In this document: piece after piece, positions 38,829-44,008 of the stretch | How positions within the stretch are numbered: the stretch's first letter is position 1 | Layout of the letters: each line of letters begins with the position of its first letter | The notes under the pieces: model-generated | The model's input: the letters and a program-made list of their open reading frames with translations, nothing else | What the model was told of the DNA's origin: nothing | Databases searched by the model: none | Sequence record: SRR31156797_12355 | Strand: one strand, 5' to 3' | DNA: 44,008 bases | Translations under genes and position numbers: made by a program

Positions 38829-39160
38829 TCTCATCCAGAATAGAAAAAGACATCGCAATAGCAAATATTACAGACAATCGTAAATTGAATGTCTTAAATG
38901 CTGAAGATATAAAGAACGCACTTACATTAATTTTGCGTGATTACGATAAATTGGTATTTAACCTGGATGGTATTGTATTTATTGACAGTACTGGTTTTGG
39001 AGCACTCATCACTATCTTTAAAAGAGCACAGGAAAATGATAAAATCTTCAAAATCTGTAATATTTCTCCTGAAGCGCTGGAACTTTTAAAAATTACGAAG
39101 CTTGATAAAGTATTCGATATCTACGATAATCTGGATGAATGCATTGCTTCGTTTAATTAA
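38825..39160 (+). CDS. STAS-domain anti-sigma-factor antagonist
   Basis: [10 protein letters not shown] phospho-Ser motif, LKITKLD.VF; ATGA overlap with the kinase stop. Confidence 0.88.
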   Translation: MISSRIEKDIAIANITDNRKLNVLNAEDIKNALTLILRDYDKLVFNLDGIVFIDSTGFGALITIFKRAQENDKIFKICNISPEALELLKITKLDKVFDIYDNLDECIASFN

Positions 39161-39263
39161 GATTATTATTGTCTTCAAATTTTTCTAAACTAATTCAAAC
39201 TGCCCTTGTCGGCAAGATTATTGCTTTTCTGATAACATAAAATAATCGAAAGCCTGCTCTCTA

Positions 39264-41306
39264 ATGAAATTCAAAATAAAATCTGAATATCAACCTACCG
39301 GCGACCAACCGGAAGCTATTGAACAATTAGCACAGGGTATAAATGATAAGGTAAAACATCAAACTTTATTAGGTGTAACCGGTTCCGGTAAAACATTCAG
39401 CATGGCCAATGTAATTGAAAAAGTACAAAGGCCAACCCTTATTTTAAGTCATAATAAGACCCTTGCAGCCCAGCTATACAGTGAATTTAAAAGTTTTTTT
39501 CCTGATAACGCAGTTGAGTATTTCGTTTCGTATTATGATTATTACCAACCTGAAGCTTATATACCTGTAACAGACACTTATATCGAAAAAGACCTGATGA
39601 TTAATGACGAAATTGAGAAACTCAGGCTAAGCACTACATCTTCCCTATTGAGTGGTCGCAGAGATGTTTTGGTTGTATCATCAGTTTCGTGCTTATATGG
39701 CATTGGAAATCCGGATGATTTCAATGAAAACGTGATACATATTTCACGAGGAATGAACATCAGTAGAAATAAGTTTCTCAGAGATTTAGTTTCAAGCCTC
39801 TATAGCCGTGACGATGTAAACTTTACAAGGGGTAAATTTCGCGTAAATGGTGATACCATCGACATTTGGATTGCTTATGGCGAAATGGCTTTTAAAATAG
39901 AGTTCTGGGGCGATGAAATTGACCGGATAAGTACTTTTGATCCCATAAACAACAGCATACTTGATGAACCGGAAGAAGCCACTATTTATCCGGCTAATAT
40001 ATTTGTGACATCACCCAATAGAATTAAAGCAGCCATTCATCACATTGAACAGGATATGTTTAAACAAGTGGCTTATTTTAAGGAAATTGGTAAAAATTTT
40101 GAAGCAAAACGCCTACAAGAGCGTGTAACTTACGATTTAGAAATGATTCGTGAATTGGGACATTGTCCGGGTATTGAAAACTATTCTCGTTATTTCGATG
40201 GCAGACCGGCCGGAACGCGTCCATTCTGCTTATTAGATTATTTCCCTGATGATTATCTCATTTTCATAGATGAAAGCCACGTAAGTTTGCCTCAAATACG
40301 TGCCATGTATGGTGGTGATCATTCGCGCAAAATGACATTGGTTGAACATGGTTTCAGGTTGCCTGCTGCTTTGGATAACAGACCTTTAAAAATAGATGAA
40401 TTTGAAGAGCAGGTAAACCAGATTATTTATGTAAGTGCCACTCCTGCTGATTACGAACTAGAAAAAAGCGAAGGAATTGTAGCTGAGCAGGTTATTAGAC
40501 CTACTGGACTACTAGATCCCAAAATTGAAGTGCGCCCAAGCTTAAACCAAATTGATGACCTCATTGAGGAAATAAACATACGGACTCAACGAGACGAGCG
40601 TGTGCTCGTTACAACCCTCACAAAAAGAATGGCCGAAGAGCTTACAAAATATTTAATTAAGCTTTCTATTAGAACCAGATACATCCACTCAGATATTGAC
40701 ACTCTGGAGCGGGTAGAAATTATGTCCGATTTGAGAGCAGGAAGATTTGATGTACTCGTTGGAGTAAACTTACTAAGAGAAGGACTTGATTTACCGGAAG
40801 TATCATTGGTAGCCATTTTAGATGCAGATAAGGAAGGATTCTTGCGATCAACAAGATCACTTACACAAACAGCCGGACGTGCAGCGCGAAATATTAACGG
40901 TTTGGTAATCATGTATGCCGATAAAATAACCAACTCAATGCAACAAACCATTGATGAAACAGAGCGTCGCAGATTAAAACAAATCAATTATAATCAGGAG
41001 CACGGAATTGTGCCCACTCCATTGAAAAAAGCACGGCTTGAAACTATTTCGGATACATTAGCTCATAAAAATCAAGGTACAAAAGCACCAAAAGCATACT
41101 TACCACCTGAAGAACCTATGGCTGAGGTGGCAGAAAAAGCTTATGACTATATGACGTTAACTGCCTTGGAAGCAGCAGCGAATGATGCCAAAGAGAAAAT
41201 GGAAAAGCATGCCGAAGAACTCAACTTTATTGAAGCTGCCCGTTACCGAGATGAAATGCAAAAACTACAAACACTGATAAAAAAGAAAAAAGCATTGGAG
41301 CTATGA
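39264..41306 (+). CDS. uvrB: Excinuclease ABC subunit B
   Basis: PTGDQP, LGVTGSGKTF, YYDYYQPEAY, DESH, NLLREGLDLPEV, GRAARN, C-terminal UVR domain. Confidence 0.97.
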   Translation: MKFKIKSEYQPTGDQPEAIEQLAQGINDKVKHQTLLGVTGSGKTFSMANVIEKVQRPTLILSHNKTLAAQLYSEFKSFFPDNAVEYFVSYYDYYQPEAYIPVTDTYIEKDLMINDEIEKLRLSTTSSLLSGRRDVLVVSSVSCLYGIGNPDDFNENVIHISRGMNISRNKFLRDLVSSLYSRDDVNFTRGKFRVNGDTIDIWIAYGEMAFKIEFWGDEIDRISTFDPINNSILDEPEEATIYPANIFVTSPNRIKAAIHHIEQDMFKQVAYFKEIGKNFEAKRLQERVTYDLEMIRELGHCPGIENYSRYFDGRPAGTRPFCLLDYFPDDYLIFIDESHVSLPQIRAMYGGDHSRKMTLVEHGFRLPAALDNRPLKIDEFEEQVNQIIYVSATPADYELEKSEGIVAEQVIRPTGLLDPKIEVRPSLNQIDDLIEEINIRTQRDERVLVTTLTKRMAEELTKYLIKLSIRTRYIHSDIDTLERVEIMSDLRAGRFDVLVGVNLLREGLDLPEVSLVAILDADKEGFLRSTRSLTQTAGRAARNINGLVIMYADKITNSMQQTIDETERRRLKQINYNQEHGIVPTPLKKARLETISDTLAHKNQGTKAPKAYLPPEEPMAEVAEKAYDYMTLTALEAAANDAKEKMEKHAEELNFIEAARYRDEMQKLQTLIKKKKALEL

Positions 41307-42211
41307 TCAAGGTTTTTTGCAATGAAGAGTACCACTTGGAACTTCCACCTAATCATAGGTTTCCAATGGAAAAATACAGGTTAATACAAGAACAACTCAT
41401 TTTTGAAGGCTCCTATACTCAGCATCAATTTATTGCACCCAAACCAGCATCGTACGAACAAATTTCAAGAGTTCATCATGAAACTTATATTGAAAAATTA
41501 GAAAAAGGTTTGCTTACAAAACATGAGATCAGACGTTCAGGATTCCCTTACAGCAAAGCATTGGTTACCAGAGAAAAAGTAATTACCGGTGGTACAATTG
41601 AAGCAACTCATGCAGCCATAGATAATGGTGTAGCCTTTAATTTGGCCGGTGGCACTCACCACGCCTACCCCGACCATGCTGAAGGATTCTGCATTTTCAA
41701 TGATATTGCAGTTGCTGCAGCTGATTATATCCAACATAATCCTTCACACCAAATATTGATTATTGATTTGGATGTACATCAAGGAAATGGTACAGCTCAT
41801 ATTTTTAAAAATGAATCGCGTGTATTTACATTTAGCATGCATGGTGCAAAAAATTACCCAATGCATAAAGAACAGTCAGATTTAGACATTGAATTATCTG
41901 ACGATATAACCGATGAACAATACTTAGAACTTGTCAAAGCCAATGTAAATCAATTGATTGACAGTGTGAAACCAAATTTCGTGTACTTTTTATCAGGCGT
42001 TGATATTCTGGTAAATGATACCCTTGGCAAAGTAAGCATAAGCATGGCAGCATGCCGCGAAAGAGACATTATTGTGCTCGAAGCTCTTCATAAAAAGGGA
42101 CTTCCTGTAGCTGTTTCAATGGGTGGCGGATATGCCAATCGAATTCGCGACATTGTGGAAGCACATTGTAATACGTATAGAGTTGCAGCACACGTATATG
42201 ATATTGTTTAA
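41303..42211 (+). CDS. Histone deacetylase family protein
   Basis: HRFPM.KY, GGTHHA, GFCIFND, DLDVHQGNGT, D.LG, GGGY. Confidence 0.9.
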   Translation: MIKVFCNEEYHLELPPNHRFPMEKYRLIQEQLIFEGSYTQHQFIAPKPASYEQISRVHHETYIEKLEKGLLTKHEIRRSGFPYSKALVTREKVITGGTIEATHAAIDNGVAFNLAGGTHHAYPDHAEGFCIFNDIAVAAADYIQHNPSHQILIIDLDVHQGNGTAHIFKNESRVFTFSMHGAKNYPMHKEQSDLDIELSDDITDEQYLELVKANVNQLIDSVKPNFVYFLSGVDILVNDTLGKVSISMAACRERDIIVLEALHKKGLPVAVSMGGGYANRIRDIVEAHCNTYRVAAHVYDIV

Positions 42212-42222
42212 CTAGTTGAAAG

Positions 42223-42633
42223 TTAACTAAAAATAGTAGCCGTAACACGCCTGCTGCCAGGAGAATTTCTGAACTCGCAAAGGTAAATCCCTTGCCATGT
42301 TCCCATATCTAAACGGCCATTTGCAATTGGAATAGTGACCTCAAAGCCAACTAAGGAGCCTTTAATGTGTGCAGGCATATCATCTGAGCCTTCCATTGTG
42401 TGTGTGAATTTGCGATATGATTCAGGGACTAAATCATTGAAGAAGGTCTCAAAATCATCTCGCACTGAAGGGTCTGCATTTTCATTAATCGTTAATCCGG
42501 CAGAGGTATGTCGTAAAAATAAATGCAATAATCCTTGCTCAGGCAATTGTCCCAAAGCACTTTCTATCTGATTAGTAACCAAATGAAAGCCTCTGCCCTT
42601 CCCGCGCAATGTAATCTCACGACGTTCAATCAT
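42223..42633 (-). CDS. yjbQ: YjbQ / UPF0047 family protein
   Basis: HTSAGLTINENADPSVR.D, EGSDDMPAHIK, GTWQGIYLCEFR. Confidence 0.9.
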   Translation of the reverse strand: MIERREITLRGKGRGFHLVTNQIESALGQLPEQGLLHLFLRHTSAGLTINENADPSVRDDFETFFNDLVPESYRKFTHTMEGSDDMPAHIKGSLVGFEVTIPIANGRLDMGTWQGIYLCEFRNSPGSRRVTATIFS

Positions 42634-42634
42634 A

Positions 42635-43387
42635 TTAATCTCCTAGTTTTTTAAACCCAATTGAAATATCAGATTTTAAATCTTCCTGTACATGTAATCC
42701 ACATTCTTTATGCTCTGGGTTCTCCCACCACCAACGTCCGGCTCGCACATCTTCACCAGCTTTGATAGCTCTAGTACAAGGTTGACATCCAATGCTTGGA
42801 TAACCCTGATCATGAAGCTTATGATATGGAACCTGGTTTACTGTAATATAATCCCAAACCTGTTCTTCTGTCCATTCAATTAATGGATTAACTTTAACCA
42901 GTCCATTAGCTTCGTCCCATTCAATTAACTGTATATTTTGACGCGTTATAGATTGCTCTCTGCGCAAACCACTAATCCATGCTTTACGTCCTTCAAAAGC
43001 ACGCTTAAGGGGTTCTATTTTACGGATATGGCAACACATCTTTCTATTTTCAACTGAGTCATAAAAAAGATTGATACCTTTTTCTGTCACCATTTTTTCT
43101 ACTTCCTTATAATCAGGAAAATAAGGCCTAATTTTTATGTTATATTTCTTATTAGTTTGCTCAATCAGCTCATAAGTTTCAGGAAAAACCCGTCCGGTAT
43201 CTAAAGTAAAAATATCAATAGAAGGGTCAATTTTTACCAACATCTCTGTTAATACCTGATCTTCGGCTCCCATACTTGATGAAAGGACCAGGTCCTTACC
43301 AAATTTATCAACTGCCCATTTAATAACTGCTGATGGATCAGCATTTGCCAATTCATTATTCACTAATTCCAGTTCCTTCGCATTCAT
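42635..43387 (-). CDS. cysH: APS/PAPS reductase (Fe-S-type APS reductase motifs)
   Basis: LDTG, CCHIRKIEPL, GLRREQS, YPSIGCQPCT, R.GRWWWE, ECGLH. Confidence 0.9.
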   Translation of the reverse strand: MNAKELELVNNELANADPSAVIKWAVDKFGKDLVLSSSMGAEDQVLTEMLVKIDPSIDIFTLDTGRVFPETYELIEQTNKKYNIKIRPYFPDYKEVEKMVTEKGINLFYDSVENRKMCCHIRKIEPLKRAFEGRKAWISGLRREQSITRQNIQLIEWDEANGLVKVNPLIEWTEEQVWDYITVNQVPYHKLHDQGYPSIGCQPCTRAIKAGEDVRAGRWWWENPEHKECGLHVQEDLKSDISIGFKKLGD

Positions 43388-43567
43388 AGTTTAATCCTTA
43401 AAAGTATATGCGTAACTAACGCCTATTTTTTTTACTCATACAAAAATGTTTTGCAAAAGTACGTATTTCCTTAAAATTAGGCTAATTGCTTCCATAATTT
43501 TCTCTATATGCATTTTTTTTATACTTTTGTGGTTCTTAAATCAGCCACAGAAAGCATAATAGAATTT

Positions 43568-44008
43568 ATGGAAAAATATGCAGTTAAACACTTAAGAGAG
43601 TTAGAAGCGGAGTCAATATTTGTGATTAGAGAAGTTGCAGCTCAGTTTGAACGTCCGGCGATGCTTTTCTCAGGAGGAAAAGATTCAATCGTAATGTTTC
43701 ACCTTGCCAGGAAAGCCTTTTGGCCTGCCAGAGTACCATTTCCTTTGATGCACATCGATACAGGACACAATTTCGAAGAAACAATCAAATTTAGAGATGA
43801 CCTATCAGAAAAAACAGGCACAAAAATGCTTGTTAAATATGTTCAGGATACAATCGATGCCGGAAAAGTAGTTGAAGAAACCGGTTATGATGCCAGTCGA
43901 AATGTACTTCAAACGGTAACACTTCTTGATGGAATAGAAGAAGAAAAAATTGATGCTGCAATGGGTGGCGGTCGCCGCGATGAAGAAAAAGCACGTGCAA
44001 AAGAGCGT
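43568..44008 (+). CDS. cysD: Sulfate adenylyltransferase subunit 2 (truncated by window end; absent from the ORF track)
   Basis: Manual translation MEKYAVKHLRELEAESIFVIREVAAQFERPAMLFSGGKDS...HIDTGHNF...GGGRRDEEKARAKER; TACTTTTG at 43522-43529. Confidence 0.93.
   Translation, partial: MEKYAVKHLRELEAESIFVIREVAAQFERPAMLFSGGKDSIVMFHLARKAFWPARVPFPLMHIDTGHNFEETIKFRDDLSEKTGTKMLVKYVQDTIDAGKVVEETGYDASRNVLQTVTLLDGIEEEKIDAAMGGGRRDEEKARAKER

Noticed and set aside
1042-42571. Numerous short antisense or off-frame ORFs in the track (e.g. 1243-1776, 2326-2661, 17880-18242, 35691-36044, 40586-40987)
   Set aside because: They lie within well-supported genes and have no recognisable motifs, so they are treated as shadow ORFs.
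1-44008. Prophage, transposase, tRNA/rRNA or defence island
   Set aside because: No integrase, transposase, phage structural, tRNA-like or known defence-domain signatures were recognised.

Overview
AT-rich bacterial chromosome segment, most likely from an anaerobic or facultative member of Bacteroidota. This is inferred from TAnnTTTG promoter elements, T9SS C-terminal domains, the PUR/DUF3276-nusB-DUF1573-yajC-ybbR-coaE-djlA block and PorE-like proteins. Left to right the window holds: the end of a citrate lyase cluster (citF, fused citXG, citC); a housekeeping block; a NifX/DUF5320/paired Fe-S ATPase operon behind a perfect 24-bp operator; a Tsx-like channel plus an NCS2 purine permease broken by one in-frame TAG; an orphan Cache kinase; queA; Smr-hemerythrin-rnpB followed by a composite palindromic repeat; T9SS-related genes; a nematode-type trehalose-6-phosphate phosphatase with a beta-PGM-like HAD enzyme; two PorE-like OmpA proteins; uvrB, an HDAC-family gene, yjbQ, cysH and a truncated cysD. 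The best candidate for an undescribed system is the overlapping operon at 33661-39160 (PorE-like OmpA protein, YfiR, CHASE8-HAMP hybrid kinase, STAS protein). It looks like a YfiBNR envelope-sensing module rewired from c-di-GMP synthesis to a phosphorelay or partner switch. All family assignments come from motif recognition; no database searches were run.
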